Below are positions 37,829 through 48,900 of a DNA stretch of 64,000 bases, in pieces. The stretch is from an uncultured delta proteobacterium. Its GTDB lineage: Bacteria > Desulfobacterota > Binatia > DP-6. The notes beneath the pieces are model-generated. The model searched no databases. It saw nothing but the letters and a program-made list of their open reading frames with translations, and was not told the DNA's origin. Each line of letters opens with the position of its first letter. Positions within the stretch are counted from its first letter, which is position 1. The position numbers and the translations under genes were made by a program. The DNA lies in contig CAWFFN010000007.1 in assembly GCA_963815115.1 (NCBI GenBank), positions 544,001 to 608,000 of the forward strand. The letters are read 5' to 3'.

Positions 37829-38785
37829 TCAGTGCAGGACGTCCTTGTCGGCCACGGCCCGCTTGAGCTTCGCCCGCTGGAGCTCGAGATGCTCCTTCAG
37901 CTCCTGCTGCGCCTTGCGGATGTCGCCCTCGTACTTGAGCACGACCGAGAGCGTGTCCTGCACCAGCTCGTCCTCCAGGTCGTCGACGTTGAGCAAGGTC
38001 AGCGCCTTGGCCCAGTCGAGCGTCTCGCTGATGCTCGGAACCTTCTTGAGATCGAGCTTGCGGATGCGCTGGATGACGGAGACCACCTCCCCTGCCAGCC
38101 GCTCGCTCACTCCGGGCACCTTGAGCTTGACGATCTCCAGCTCCTGGGCTCGATCCGGAAAATCGACGTACAGGTGCAGGCAGCGACGCTTGAGCGCGTC
38201 GGACATCTCGCGGGCGTTGTTGCTGGTGAGGACCACGATGGGGCGGTGCTTGGCCGTGAGCGTCCCGAGCTCCGGCACGCTCACCTGGAAGTCCGACAGG
38301 ACCTCGAGGAGGAAAGCTTCGAACTCCGTGTCGGACTTGTCGATCTCGTCGATCAGGAGGACGCAGGGCTCGTCCGAGGTGATGGCCTGCAGCAGCGGCC
38401 GCGGCAGCAGGAATTGATCGCTGAAGAAGACGTCGTCCTCGTTCGCGATCCGCTGGACGGCCTCGCGTAGCGAGGGCGCATTGCCCACGACCTCGCCGAT
38501 CTTCTCGCGCAGGATCTGGGTGTAGAGGAGCTGCTTGGCGTACTCCCACTCGTAGAGCGCCTTGGCCTCGTCGAGGCCTTCGTAGCACTGCAAGCGGATG
38601 AGCTCGCGGCCGAGCGCCTGCGCGACCACCTTGGCGAGCTCCGTCTTCCCCACGCCGGCGGGCCCCTCGACCAGGATCGGCTTCTCCAGCCGGCTGGCCA
38701 GATAGACCACCGTCCCGATGGTGCGGCCAGCGATATAGCGCTCCTCGGCGAAGCGCTGGATGACGTCCTCGATGCTCGCGAACAT
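37829..38785 (-). CDS. MoxR-family AAA+ ATPase (CoxD-like)
   Basis: EGPAGVGKTELAK, RLQCYEGLD, LLIDEIDK, SDALKRRC. Confidence 0.92.
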   Translation of the reverse strand: MFASIEDVIQRFAEERYIAGRTIGTVVYLASRLEKPILVEGPAGVGKTELAKVVAQALGRELIRLQCYEGLDEAKALYEWEYAKQLLYTQILREKIGEVVGNAPSLREAVQRIANEDDVFFSDQFLLPRPLLQAITSDEPCVLLIDEIDKSDTEFEAFLLEVLSDFQVSVPELGTLTAKHRPIVVLTSNNAREMSDALKRRCLHLYVDFPDRAQELEIVKLKVPGVSERLAGEVVSVIQRIRKLDLKKVPSISETLDWAKALTLLNVDDLEDELVQDTLSVVLKYEGDIRKAQQELKEHLELQRAKLKRAVADKDVLH

Positions 38786-38863
38786 GCCCATTGGACCCGC
38801 GGACGCTAACATAGCCCTTCCGGCGACGCCAACCACGCGCCCCTCGAGTGCCTCGCCGAGCCG

Positions 38864-40453
38864 TCACCACGCCACCCACACGGTCTCGAATCGCGCCGGC
38901 CGCAGCGGATGTAGCCGGTAGTCGCGCACGCGCGGATGGCGGACGGCGACGGTCACGGGATGGTAGAGCGGCACCCAGGGCACGTCGCGCAGGATGCGCG
39001 CCTCCGCCTTGCGAAACAGGTGCAGGCGCCGCGTCGGCACCGGCTCCGCACCGGCGAGATCGAGCAGCGCGTCGACCGCGCGGCTGCCGTAGAAGGTGTT
39101 GTTGTTCGCTCCCTGCCCGCGCGAGTGCAGCAGCACGGTCAGGAAGTTCGACGGATCCGGGAAGTCGGCCTCCCAGCCGAGGAGGAACATCGGCACCTGC
39201 GCGGGGTAGCGCACTGCCTCGATCAGGGCCGGGAAGTCCACCGGCTTGATGCGCACCGCGATGCCGATCGCGGCCAGGTCCTGCTGGATCGACTGGGCGA
39301 CCCGCAGCGGGCCGTCGTCGCGCTGCGACCACAAGGTGACCTGGGCGCCGCCGGGAAGCGCCGCGGCGAGGTCGCGCCGCGCCGTGGCGGGGTCGTACGC
39401 TGGCGCGGCCAGCGTCGAATCGTAGCCCGGCATGGTGGGCGGCAGGATGGTGCGCGCCACGATGCCCCGCCCGTCGATCAGCTCGAGTAGCCGCTCCTTG
39501 TCGACGGCGTGCGCCACCGCCTCGCGGACGGCGACGCGATCGAACGGCGCCATGGCACAGTTCAAGCCGAGGTACTGCGTGCGCATCGTCACCCGTCGGA
39601 CGAGCAGCGGTGCGTAGCGGGCGTCGCTGGTCACCCGGAAGAACTCCGCCGACGGGATGGCGGCGACGTCCAGACCGCCGCGCTGGAAGCGAAACCAGGC
39701 GAGCTGGTCGCTGAGCCCGATGGTGGCCTCGATGCCATCCAGGTAGGGCAGCCCCGGCCGGTAGTAGAACGGGTTGCGCTCCAGGCGCAGCCGCTGGCCC
39801 TGCACCCACTCGACCAGCCGGAACGCCCCGGTGCCGACCGGGTGACGGACGAACGCGCCCTGCCCTTCCCGCTCGATGGTCTCGCGATCGACCGCCGCCG
39901 CGAACGGCATCGTGAGCTTGTCGAGGAACAGCGGATCGGGCTCGGCGAGCGTGATCGCCAGCTCGCCGGGGGCGACGGCGACGATGCCGCGGACGTCGGC
40001 CACCCGGCCCGACGTGAAGTCGGCCACGCCCTCGATGCCGCCGAAGAACTCGGCGCCCAGGGAGTGGACCGCGGGCGTCAGGATGCGCTCGAGCGAGTAC
40101 TTGAGGTCGCTCGCGGTGCACGCCCGTCCCGTGCTGAAGCGGACTCCCTCGCGCAGGCGGAAGGTGTAGCTCCGCCCGTCGGCGTTCACCTGCCACGACG
40201 CCGCGAGCTGCGGGACGATGCGGGTTCCCTCGTCGTAGCCCACCAGGGTGTCGAAGATCGCCTGCTCGAAGAGCCAGGAGACCTCGTCGTAGCCCGCGGC
40301 CGGATCGAGGGTGCGGACGTCCGCGGCCGAGCTCAGGCGGAGCACGCCCCCGGGCTGCGGCGGGCCGCTGCCGCTGGCGGGACCGCCCGGAGGCGGATCG
40401 AGCGGCACGGCGCACGCGAGTGCCGCTACGAGGAGAAGCGCCGCCGCTCTCAC
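38864..40453 (-). CDS. peptide/nickel ABC transporter substrate-binding protein (family 5)
   Basis: Signal or lipo-signal; GGVLR..TLDPA, YTFRLREGVRF, PVGTGAF, VREAVAHAVD, GWEADFPDP. Confidence 0.92.
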   Translation of the reverse strand: MRAAALLLVAALACAVPLDPPPGGPASGSGPPQPGGVLRLSSAADVRTLDPAAGYDEVSWLFEQAIFDTLVGYDEGTRIVPQLAASWQVNADGRSYTFRLREGVRFSTGRACTASDLKYSLERILTPAVHSLGAEFFGGIEGVADFTSGRVADVRGIVAVAPGELAITLAEPDPLFLDKLTMPFAAAVDRETIEREGQGAFVRHPVGTGAFRLVEWVQGQRLRLERNPFYYRPGLPYLDGIEATIGLSDQLAWFRFQRGGLDVAAIPSAEFFRVTSDARYAPLLVRRVTMRTQYLGLNCAMAPFDRVAVREAVAHAVDKERLLELIDGRGIVARTILPPTMPGYDSTLAAPAYDPATARRDLAAALPGGAQVTLWSQRDDGPLRVAQSIQQDLAAIGIAVRIKPVDFPALIEAVRYPAQVPMFLLGWEADFPDPSNFLTVLLHSRGQGANNNTFYGSRAVDALLDLAGAEPVPTRRLHLFRKAEARILRDVPWVPLYHPVTVAVRHPRVRDYRLHPLRPARFETVWVAW

Positions 40454-41298
40454 CCGCGCCGCGACCCGATGACGCCGATCAGCCCGTAGCCGATCAGGTT
40501 GAAGGCGATCACGGTGAGCGCGATCGCCACGCCCGGCAGCACGACGAGCCAGGGCGCGACCCCGAAGTAGGTCTGCACCTCGCTCACCATCCGGCCCCAG
40601 GACGGCACCGGGAGCGGTGCACCCAGGCCCAGGTAGCTGAGCCCCGCGTCGATCGTGACGGCGCCCGACATGCCGAGGGCGGCGAGCGCGACGATTCCCG
40701 GCAGCACGGCGGGCAGCAGGTGTCGCGTCAGCACCCGGCCGTGGGAGGCGCCGAGGGCGCGCGCCGCCGCGATGTAGTCGCGCTCGCGCAGCGACAGGAC
40801 CTCACCGCGCACCGTGCGCGCGAACGTGGTCCACCCGACGAGCCCGATCACGAGCGGGATGGTCAGCAGCGAGGGCGGCAGCACCGTCGCCAGCACGATG
40901 AGGAGCAACAGGCTCGGCATGGTGAGGACCAGGTCGACCACCCACATGCACGCGCCGTCCGCCCACCCCCCGAGGTAGCCGGCGACGAGGCCGACGCTCA
41001 CGCCGAGGAGCAGGCTGAGCGCCATGCTCAGCGCACCCACCACGAGCGACGTGCGCGCCCCGAACGCGAGCCGTGCCCAGACGTCGCGCCCGAGCGTGTC
41101 GGTGCCGAGCGGATGGGCGGCGCTCGGCGGCTCCGGCCCATGGTATGACGTCACGACGATGGCGTCGGGCGCGTAGCGGCTGAGCCGCGGAGCCGCCAGC
41201 GCGACGCCGATCAGCACGGCAGCAAGCCCGACCCCGGTCCAGAGCAGCCAGCGGCTGCGCGCGACCCCGTGCGGTCCTTCGACGCGTGCTTCAGCCAT
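40450..41298 (-). CDS. peptide ABC permease (OppC/DppC-like)
   Basis: HPLGTDTLGRD..RL.FGARTSL, EAA loop YIAAARALGAS, PSWG. Confidence 0.92.
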   Translation of the reverse strand: MAEARVEGPHGVARSRWLLWTGVGLAAVLIGVALAAPRLSRYAPDAIVVTSYHGPEPPSAAHPLGTDTLGRDVWARLAFGARTSLVVGALSMALSLLLGVSVGLVAGYLGGWADGACMWVVDLVLTMPSLLLLIVLATVLPPSLLTIPLVIGLVGWTTFARTVRGEVLSLRERDYIAAARALGASHGRVLTRHLLPAVLPGIVALAALGMSGAVTIDAGLSYLGLGAPLPVPSWGRMVSEVQTYFGVAPWLVVLPGVAIALTVIAFNLIGYGLIGVIGSRRG

Positions 41299-42211
41299 GC
41301 TGCACGCGCGGGTCGATGACGCCGTAGAGCAGGTCGACGAGCAGGTTGCAGGCCAGCACCAGGACCGCCGAGAAGAGCACCGTTCCCGCCATGACCGGGA
41401 CGTCGAGGTTGAAGACCGACTGCACGGCCAGGCGACCCAGACCCGGCCAGTTGAACACGGTCTCCGTCAGCACCACGCCGCTCATCAGCTCGGCGACGTC
41501 GAGCCCGAGGAGGGTCACGATGGGGATGAGCCCGTTCGGCAGCGCATGACGCACGAGCACGCGCGCCCCGCTCGCTCCCTTGGCACGCGCCGTGCGCACG
41601 TAGTCGCTCGCCAGCGTGCCGCCCACGCTGGCGTGCACGAAGCGGGCGTAGAAGAAGAGGCGGTAGAGCGCGAGCGTCGCCGCCGGCAGGATCAGATGGC
41701 TCGGCGAGCCGTAGCCGCCCAGGGGCAGGAGCCGGAGGCGGTAGCCGAACGCGTACACCAGCAGGTTGCCGAGCCAGAAGGTCGGCAGCGCCAGTCCCAC
41801 CAGGGTGACGAGGAGCACGGCGAGATCCACCGCGGAGCCCTGGCGCGGCGCCGTCCCGATCCCGACGGCGAGCCCGAGCAGGAAGCCGATGGCGAGCCCG
41901 GTGCCGGCGAGCAGCGCCGTGGCGGGCACCCGCTCGCCGATGACCTCCGCGACCCGCCGGCCGGTGACGTACGACACACCGAGATCACCGTGCGCGAGGC
42001 GCCAGAGGTAGCGGCCGTACTGCACTGCCAGCGGCTGATCCAGGCCGAGCTCGGCGCGGATCGCCGCCAGCGTGTCCGGCTCCGCCTTCGGACCCGCGAT
42101 CGACACCGCCGGATCCGCCGGCAGCACGCGCACCAGCACGAAGAGGATGAGCGTGGTGCCGAGGAGCGTCGTGAGAGCGCGCAGGCCGCGGCGGGCGAGA
42201 TAGCCGAGCAT
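41291..42211 (-). CDS. peptide ABC permease (OppB/DppB-like)
   Basis: GLDQPLAVQY, GDLGVS, DYVRTARAKG, ETVFNWPGLG. Confidence 0.92.
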   Translation of the reverse strand: MLGYLARRGLRALTTLLGTTLILFVLVRVLPADPAVSIAGPKAEPDTLAAIRAELGLDQPLAVQYGRYLWRLAHGDLGVSYVTGRRVAEVIGERVPATALLAGTGLAIGFLLGLAVGIGTAPRQGSAVDLAVLLVTLVGLALPTFWLGNLLVYAFGYRLRLLPLGGYGSPSHLILPAATLALYRLFFYARFVHASVGGTLASDYVRTARAKGASGARVLVRHALPNGLIPIVTLLGLDVAELMSGVVLTETVFNWPGLGRLAVQSVFNLDVPVMAGTVLFSAVLVLACNLLVDLLYGVIDPRVQHG

Positions 42212-42493
42212 CCGCGGCTAGGAGGTCGACCCGAGGCTCCGAGCGTGGGGCATCCGTGCTCCGGCGAACGCCATGCCGCGGCCGGCAAGGCCGGCGCGGC
42301 ACGACGTGGCGCGCTCGAGCATCCGGTCCACTCCGGGCTGCGCCGCCCGCACCCGTACCCTCTCTGCCACCGGCGCATGCTCCGGCATGTCTGCCGCGGC
42401 GGCTTCGCCGCCCGCGGCACGCCGTCCGCACTGTTCGTCACGTCTCATGCCGCTCTCCGTGCCGACCCGAGACGGAGTCTCGGGTCGCTCTCC

Positions 42494-43282
42494 TCAGCCG
42501 ACGAGTTGTGCCCGCAGCTCCGCGACGGCGGCGGGCGACCCCGCCAGCACGTCGCCCGGCGCCCGCCTGCCGTCCAGCAACGTCCCGAGCGCGAGGCGGC
42601 CGCCGTCGAGCAGCTCGAAGACCCCGCCGACGGCGGCGAGCACGGCGCCGGCCGCCGCGAGGTCCCACACCCGGACGTCTCCGAGCAGGGCCGCACGCGC
42701 GACACCGCGCGCGACCAGGACGGTGTGGTAGGCCGCCGAGCCCAGCGAGCGCAGCTTCGGCAGGCGCTGGAACGGGTGCTGCCGGTGCGCCTTCGAATGC
42801 ACCGCGACGAACGGATCGACCGGCGGCGCGACCTCGTCGAGCCTGCCCAGGGCGACACCGTTCCACCACGCGCAGCCGTCCACCGCCGTGTAGAACTCCC
42901 CGCTGCACGGCAGATGCACCACGCCGCCTCGCGGCGATCCCGCCTGCATGAGCCCGAGGCAGACGCACCAGGTCGGCAGCCCCGCGACGAACGCCGCGGT
43001 GCCGTCGATCGGGTCGATCACGAAGCAGCTCTCCCCCCTGCCCTCCCGGCCCGTGCCCTCCTCCGCCACGATGCCCGCATCCGGCCAGCGCTCCACCAGC
43101 TCTCGTGCGATCAGGGCCTCGACCACGCGATCCGCCGTCGTGACCAGCGTGCGGTCGGCCTTCCGCTCCGGCGTCACCTCACGGAAGTGCTCCAGCGCGA
43201 GCGCGCCGGCTCGGGTGGCGATCGCCTCCAGCTCGGCGCGCGAGACCGCGATCGGCCCGGCGCCGCCCGGGCGGGACGTCAC
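42494..43282 (-). CDS. inositol monophosphatase-family protein (second paralog)
   Basis: VTTADR, VAEEG, IDPIDGT, WDLAAA; GTG start overlaps the upstream stop. Confidence 0.87.
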   Translation of the reverse strand: MTSRPGGAGPIAVSRAELEAIATRAGALALEHFREVTPERKADRTLVTTADRVVEALIARELVERWPDAGIVAEEGTGREGRGESCFVIDPIDGTAAFVAGLPTWCVCLGLMQAGSPRGGVVHLPCSGEFYTAVDGCAWWNGVALGRLDEVAPPVDPFVAVHSKAHRQHPFQRLPKLRSLGSAAYHTVLVARGVARAALLGDVRVWDLAAAGAVLAAVGGVFELLDGGRLALGTLLDGRRAPGDVLAGSPAAVAELRAQLVG

Positions 43283-44088
43283 CGCTGGCCCCGCTCGAGC
43301 GCCCGCTGGGAGAAGAGGTCGTCCTCGTAGTGCTGATCGAAGGCGGCGTCGGACGACTCGATGGTCGTGCGCGACCCGCGGGCCGGCGTCTCCACCTCGA
43401 CGTGCCGGGCCATCGGGATGCTGCCGACGTCGTGCAGGTCGCGCTGCACGATCCGCTTGATCGGATCGCTGCCGTCGCCGTAGAACTCGAGCCGCCGCGG
43501 CACCAGATCGTCGCGGCCGAGCCAGATCACGATCTTCTTGTAGCCGATGTCCTCGCGTTGCGGGACGAGCTCGATGACGTACGTCGGCACCCCCTCCACC
43601 GTCTCCTCGCCGCGCAGGCTCGAGCGCGCGTCGCCTTCCGACCACGAGCTCATCTCCTGGATGATGTCGAGGTCCTGGTAGCTGAGATCGGTGCCGACGA
43701 AGCTCTCGCTCCGGCTGCGCGGCGTGATCTGACGGATCCGCTTCAGCTCGGGAAGGTAGAGCCACTGGTCCGCCGGGCGCCCCTTGTAGGTGTAGGCGAG
43801 GAAGCCCGTCCCCTTCACCTCGGCCGGGCTCTCGAAGAACACGATGGTCTGCCGCTCGTCCCCGGGCACGCGCCGCTCGTAGAGCATGAGCCCGCGCTCC
43901 CGCTCTCCGCCGCGGGCATCCTTGATGGTGAGCTTCAGATGCTCCTGGCGATCGGTCCACTTGCGCGTCGTGTCGTCCAGCGCCTTGCGTTGGTCCAGGA
44001 TGTCGCGCGCGCCCGGGGCAGCGTCGGCCATGGGCGGCCGCGGTCCCGCGAGCATCAGTGCGAGCAGCCCGATGGCGACCGTCCTCAT
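43279..44088 (-). CDS. outer-membrane lipoprotein-sorting (LolA-like) protein
   Basis: Signal peptide; FESPAEVKGTGFL, DQWLYLPELKRIRQI, SFVGTDLSYQD. Confidence 0.85.
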   Translation of the reverse strand: MRTVAIGLLALMLAGPRPPMADAAPGARDILDQRKALDDTTRKWTDRQEHLKLTIKDARGGERERGLMLYERRVPGDERQTIVFFESPAEVKGTGFLAYTYKGRPADQWLYLPELKRIRQITPRSRSESFVGTDLSYQDLDIIQEMSSWSEGDARSSLRGEETVEGVPTYVIELVPQREDIGYKKIVIWLGRDDLVPRRLEFYGDGSDPIKRIVQRDLHDVGSIPMARHVEVETPARGSRTTIESSDAAFDQHYEDDLFSQRALERGQR

Positions 44089-44702
44089 GCCGGGAGACCT
44101 TCCCCCACCTGGCCCGCCGCCCGCAAGCGCCACCCGCTCATGGCGGCGGCGGAGCGGCCAGCTGCCGCTGCAGCCAGAGGAAGCCACGTGATCATGTACT
44201 GCAGGCCCGCCGTCGCCGTCACCGCACCGGTGGCGAAGAAGCACACGCTGGCCGCCATCGGCGGCACCCAGTGCCACCGGACGAGGGAGACGAGGACGAG
44301 GGTGACGGAGCAGAGCTGCAGGAACGTGCTCAGCTTGCCAGCGACGGATGGCTTCACCTCCATCGCATGCTGGGTCATGGTGAAGAGGAGGAAGTATCCC
44401 ACCACCAGCATCACGTCGCGCGACAGCACGATGACGGTGAGCCAGGTCGGGACCTGCTGCATGAAGGCGAGCGCCACGAACGAGGACATCAGGAGGAGCT
44501 TGTCCGCGGCGGGGTCGAGGTACGCGCCGAGCGTCGTCTTGGTGTGGGTGAGCCGTGCGATGGCGCCGTCGAGCGCATCGGTGATGCCCGCCGCCACGAA
44601 GACCGCCAGCGCCTCGCGATAACGGAAGTCGGTCAGCAGGATGAGGAAGACCGGGATGGCGAGCACGCGAAGCAGGGTGAGTGCGTTCGGAACGTTCAGC
44701 AG
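44085..44702 (-). CDS. CDP-alcohol phosphatidyltransferase (PgsA/cardiolipin synthase-like); start uncertain
   Basis: NVPNALTLLR, TDALDGAIAR...LGAYLDPAADK signature. Confidence 0.88.
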   Translation of the reverse strand: MLNVPNALTLLRVLAIPVFLILLTDFRYREALAVFVAAGITDALDGAIARLTHTKTTLGAYLDPAADKLLLMSSFVALAFMQQVPTWLTVIVLSRDVMLVVGYFLLFTMTQHAMEVKPSVAGKLSTFLQLCSVTLVLVSLVRWHWVPPMAASVCFFATGAVTATAGLQYMITWLPLAAAAAGRSAAAMSGWRLRAAGQVGEGLPA

Positions 44703-44705
44703 GCG

Positions 44706-45989
44706 TCACCCTCCCCGCGTCGTCTCCGGGAACTCCTTGTGGAGCCGGCCGGCCACCTTGGGCGGCACCAGCGCCGTCACCGTGACCACGCCGTCGCGAT
44801 AGTACTCCTCGACGATCCGCCCGCTGCGGCGGAGCAACGCCACCACGTCCCCCCGCTCCGACGGCAGCTCGCAGCGGATGCGCCGGAGCCCCGCATCGAG
44901 CAGGCTCTCGATGCGGGCGAGCAGGTCGGGGAGACCCGTGCCGGTTTGCCCGGAGACCAGCAGCGCGCCGCGCGGCGCCGCGGCGGGCCGGCCCCCCGGG
45001 GGCAGCAGGTCGGCCTTGTTCAGCACCGCCACCACGGGTACCTCACCCGCGCCGATCTCCGCGAGCACCGCCTCGGTCACCCGCACCTGCTCGGGCCACG
45101 CAGGATGCGACACGTCGACGACGTGCACCAGCAGGTCGGCGGTGCGCACCTGCTCGAGCGTGCTCTTGAAGGCCTCGACCAGCTGGTGCGGCAGCTTGTG
45201 GATGAAGCCCACGGTGTCGCCGAGCAGGACGGTGAGGCCCTGCGGCAGGCGCAGCCGGCGCACGGTCGGGTCGAGGGTGGCGAACAGGCGGTCCTCCACC
45301 AGGACCCCGGCGCGGGTGAGCGCGTTCATCAGCGTCGACTTGCCCGCGTTGGTGTAGCCGACGAGCGCCACGGTGGGCGTGGGAACGGCATGCCGCTCCG
45401 CGCGCTGCAGACGGCGGGAGCGCTCGACCCCGCCCAGTCGCCGACGCAGCTGCGCGATACGCTCGCGCACCCGCCGCCGGTCCACCTCGAGCTGCGTCTC
45501 ACCTGGTCCGCGCGTCCCCACCCCGCCGCCGCGCTGGCGGGACAGGTGCGTCCACTGCCGGGTGAGCCGCGGCAGGAGATACTGGAGCTGCGCCAGCTCG
45601 ACCTGCAGCTTGCCCTCGAGGCTGCGGGCGTGCTGCGCGAAGATGTCGAGGATGAGCGCGCTGCGATCGATGACCTTGCAGGCGAGCGCCTTCTCGAGGT
45701 TGCGCTGCTGCGCCGGGGTGAGGGGATCGTCGAAGATCACGACGTCGGCGTGCTCGGCCTGCGCCAGGCCGCCGATCTCCTGCACCTTCCCGGAGCCCAC
45801 GAAGGTCGCCGGGTGGATGCGTCGTACCGGCTGGGTGGTTGCGGCTACCGGCACCACGCCGGCGGTCGACGCGAGGCGCCCGAGCTCCACCAGGGACTCA
45901 GCAGCGGGGATCAGCGCGTGCGGCAGCTCCGCGGCCACCAGGACGGCGCGCTCCGGCTCCGCCGCAGTCGGGTGGGTCTCGTCCGTCAA
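44706..45989 (-). CDS. hflX: GTPase HflX
   Basis: [39 protein letters not shown]; TTG start overlaps dnaE stop. Confidence 0.95.
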   Translation of the reverse strand: MTDETHPTAAEPERAVLVAAELPHALIPAAESLVELGRLASTAGVVPVAATTQPVRRIHPATFVGSGKVQEIGGLAQAEHADVVIFDDPLTPAQQRNLEKALACKVIDRSALILDIFAQHARSLEGKLQVELAQLQYLLPRLTRQWTHLSRQRGGGVGTRGPGETQLEVDRRRVRERIAQLRRRLGGVERSRRLQRAERHAVPTPTVALVGYTNAGKSTLMNALTRAGVLVEDRLFATLDPTVRRLRLPQGLTVLLGDTVGFIHKLPHQLVEAFKSTLEQVRTADLLVHVVDVSHPAWPEQVRVTEAVLAEIGAGEVPVVAVLNKADLLPPGGRPAAAPRGALLVSGQTGTGLPDLLARIESLLDAGLRRIRCELPSERGDVVALLRRSGRIVEEYYRDGVVTVTALVPPKVAGRLHKEFPETTRGG

Positions 45990-48900
45990 CGGAACGACAG
46001 CATCCCCGCCCCGAGCATGCGCTCGACGGCATCGAGCACCTCGGCGCTGGCCGCGACGCGGATGGTCTCGGGCAGCGCGAGGATGGTCACCGGGGCATCC
46101 GGCCGGAGAAGATGGAGAAACGCCTGGCACGGGCCGGGATGGTCGGCGAGGACGTCCCGCAGGCGCGCCAGACCCTCCCGCCCGACGCTCTCGAGCGGCA
46201 CGCGCACGTGGACCTGCCGCACCGCGCCGGCGCGGGCGGCGTCGAGCTGCGCGATCTCGTCGGCGATGACCTGGCAGCGATCGGCCGACAGATCGAGGCC
46301 GCCGCTGACCACCACGGGCGAGCCGGCCTCGAGGAGCGCCTCGTGCCGCCGGTACGTGTCGGGCCACGCGATCACCTCGACGACGCCCTCCTTGTCCTCG
46401 AGCACGAAGGTCGCGTAGCGCTCCCCTTTCTTGCTGTTGCGCAGCTTCACGGTGTGGACCACCCCGCCCAGCCGGACGCGCGGCCGTCCTTCCGGGCGAC
46501 CCGGGCGCGACGGCGCCGCGGGCAGATCGGGCCCCTTCGTGCGCAGCGTCCCCACGGTGATGTTGGTGAAGCGGCGCAGGTCGCCCTCGTAGCGATCGAG
46601 GGGATGACCGGTGATGAAGAAGCCGAGCGTCTCGCGCTCGCGCTGCAGCTCGTCCCGCGGCGTCCAGGGCTCGACCTGGGGCGGCGCCGGAGGAGAACTC
46701 TCGGGCAACCCGGCGCCGCCGCTGAAGAGACCGAGCTGTGAGCTCGACCGCTCCTGCGAGCGCACGCCGGCCCAGCGCAGCGCATCGTCGAGCGCCGCCC
46801 ACAGACGCGCGCGGTTGCGCTCGATGGAGTCGAACGCGCCGCACGCGATCAGGCTCTCGATCACGCGCCGGTTCACCACCTGCGCCCGCACCCGCAGGCA
46901 GAACTCGTGCAGGCCGGTGAACGGCCCGTCGCCGCGCGCGGCCAGCACGGTCTCGATCGCCTTCGAGCCGACCCCCTTCACGGCGCCCAGACCGAAGCGG
47001 ATGGCGCTCCCCGCCGCGGTGAAGTCCTCGCGGCTCTCGTTGATGTCGGGGGGCAGGATGGCGATGCCGCTCGCCTTGCACTCGGCGATGTTCTTGTGGG
47101 TGCTGTCGGTGTCGCCCGCCTCGAGCGAGAGCAGGCCGGCCATGAACTCGGTCCGGTAGTGCGCCTTCAGGTACGCCGTCTGGTACGTGATCACCGCGTA
47201 GGCGGCCGAATGGCTCTTGTTGAAGCCGTAGGCGGCAAACGTCTCCATCTGATCGAAGATCTCGGCCGCGAGCTTGGGCGAGCCCGTCTCCTGCCTCGCC
47301 ACGCCGGCGAGGAAGCGCTCGCGCTCCTTCGCCATCTCCTCGGCCTTCTTCTTGCCCATCGCCCGGCGCAGGTTGTCGGCGTCGCCCAGGGTGTAGCCGG
47401 CGAGCGCCTGCGCGATCTGCATCACCTGCTCCTGGTACACGATCACCCCGTAGGTGTCGGCCAGGATGGTCTCGAGCGCGGGGTGGGCGTAGCGAATCGG
47501 CTCCTTGCCGTGCTTGCGCGCGATGAAGACGTCGACCATCGTGCGGCCGTCGTCGAGCTTCGCGTCGAGCGGACCGGGGCGGTAGAGCGCGAGCACGGCG
47601 ACCAGGTCGGCGAAGCACGTCGGCTGGATCTGGGTCAGCATCCGGCGGATGCCGCCCGACTCGAGCTGGAACACGCCCACCGTGTCGGCGGCGGCGATCA
47701 GGCGATACGTGGCCTCGTCGTCCAGCGGCAGGGCGCTCGGCTCGAGCGCGACGTCCCGTCCCTCCCGGATGCGACGCACGATGCCCTCGATCAGGGTGAG
47801 GGTCTTCAAGCCGAGGAAGTCGAACTTGATGAGGCCGATCGACTCCACGTCGGTGAAGGTGTACTGCGTCACCACCGCGCCGTCCTTGTCCACCCAGAGC
47901 GGCACGTGGTCGGTGAGCGTCTCCGGCGCGATGACGATCCCGGCGGCGTGCTTGGACGCGTTGCGCAGCAACCCCTCGAGACGGAGCGCCAGGTCGAAGA
48001 GACGGCCCTCGCGTTCGCCGTCCCGGCGCAGCTCCTCGAGGCGCGGCTCCATCTCGAGAGCCTTGGCGAGCGGGAAGTCCTTGCCCTGCCGGGGCTCGGG
48101 ATAGAGCTTGGTGATCCGGTCGGTCTCCGCGAACGTGAAGTCGAGCACGCGGCCGACGTCCTTGATCGCCTGCTTTCCCTTGAGCGTTCCGAAGGTGATG
48201 ATCTGCGCCACGCGATCGGCGCCGTACTTCTCGCGCACGTAGCGAATCACCTCATCGCGCCGCACGAAGCAGAAGTCGACGTCGATGTCGGGCATGGAGC
48301 GCCGGTCGGGGTTCAGGAAGCGCTCGAAGAGCAGCCCGTGCTCGATGGGATCGAGGTCGGTGATGCGGAGCGCCCACGCCACCACGCTGCCGGCCGCCGA
48401 GCCGCGTCCCGGCCCGACCGGGATACCCTGCTGCTTCGCCCAGTTGATGAAGTCGGCGACGATGAGGAAGTACCCGGCGAACCCCATCTGGGTGATCACG
48501 CCGAGCTCGTAGGTCAGACGCTCCTCGTAGCGCACCTCGACGGCGGCGTCGCTCCCCAGCGTCCGGCGCCCGTTCAGCCGCTCGTCGAGCCCGCCCCGCG
48601 CGACCCGCTCCAGCGCCGAATCGAGGGTCTCCTCCGGGGCCACCTGGTAGACCGGGAACCGCCAGCGCTGCTCGAAGCCGAAATCGCAGCGGCGCGCGAC
48701 GTCGACCGTGTTCGCCACCGCCTCGGGGACGTCGGCGAACGCCTGCGCCATGTCGTCCCCGTCCTTCACGTAGAGCTGGTCGGTCTCGAACTTCCACCGC
48801 CGTTCGTCCGACAGCGTCTTGCCGGTCTGGATGCAGAGCAGCACCTCGTGCGCCGCGGCGTCCTCGGGCCGGAGATAGTGGCAGTCGTTGGTCCCGACCA

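Noticed and set aside
42218-42448. 76-aa ORF between oppB and the IMPase gene
   Set aside because: No SD, no motif and low-complexity composition; may be intergenic
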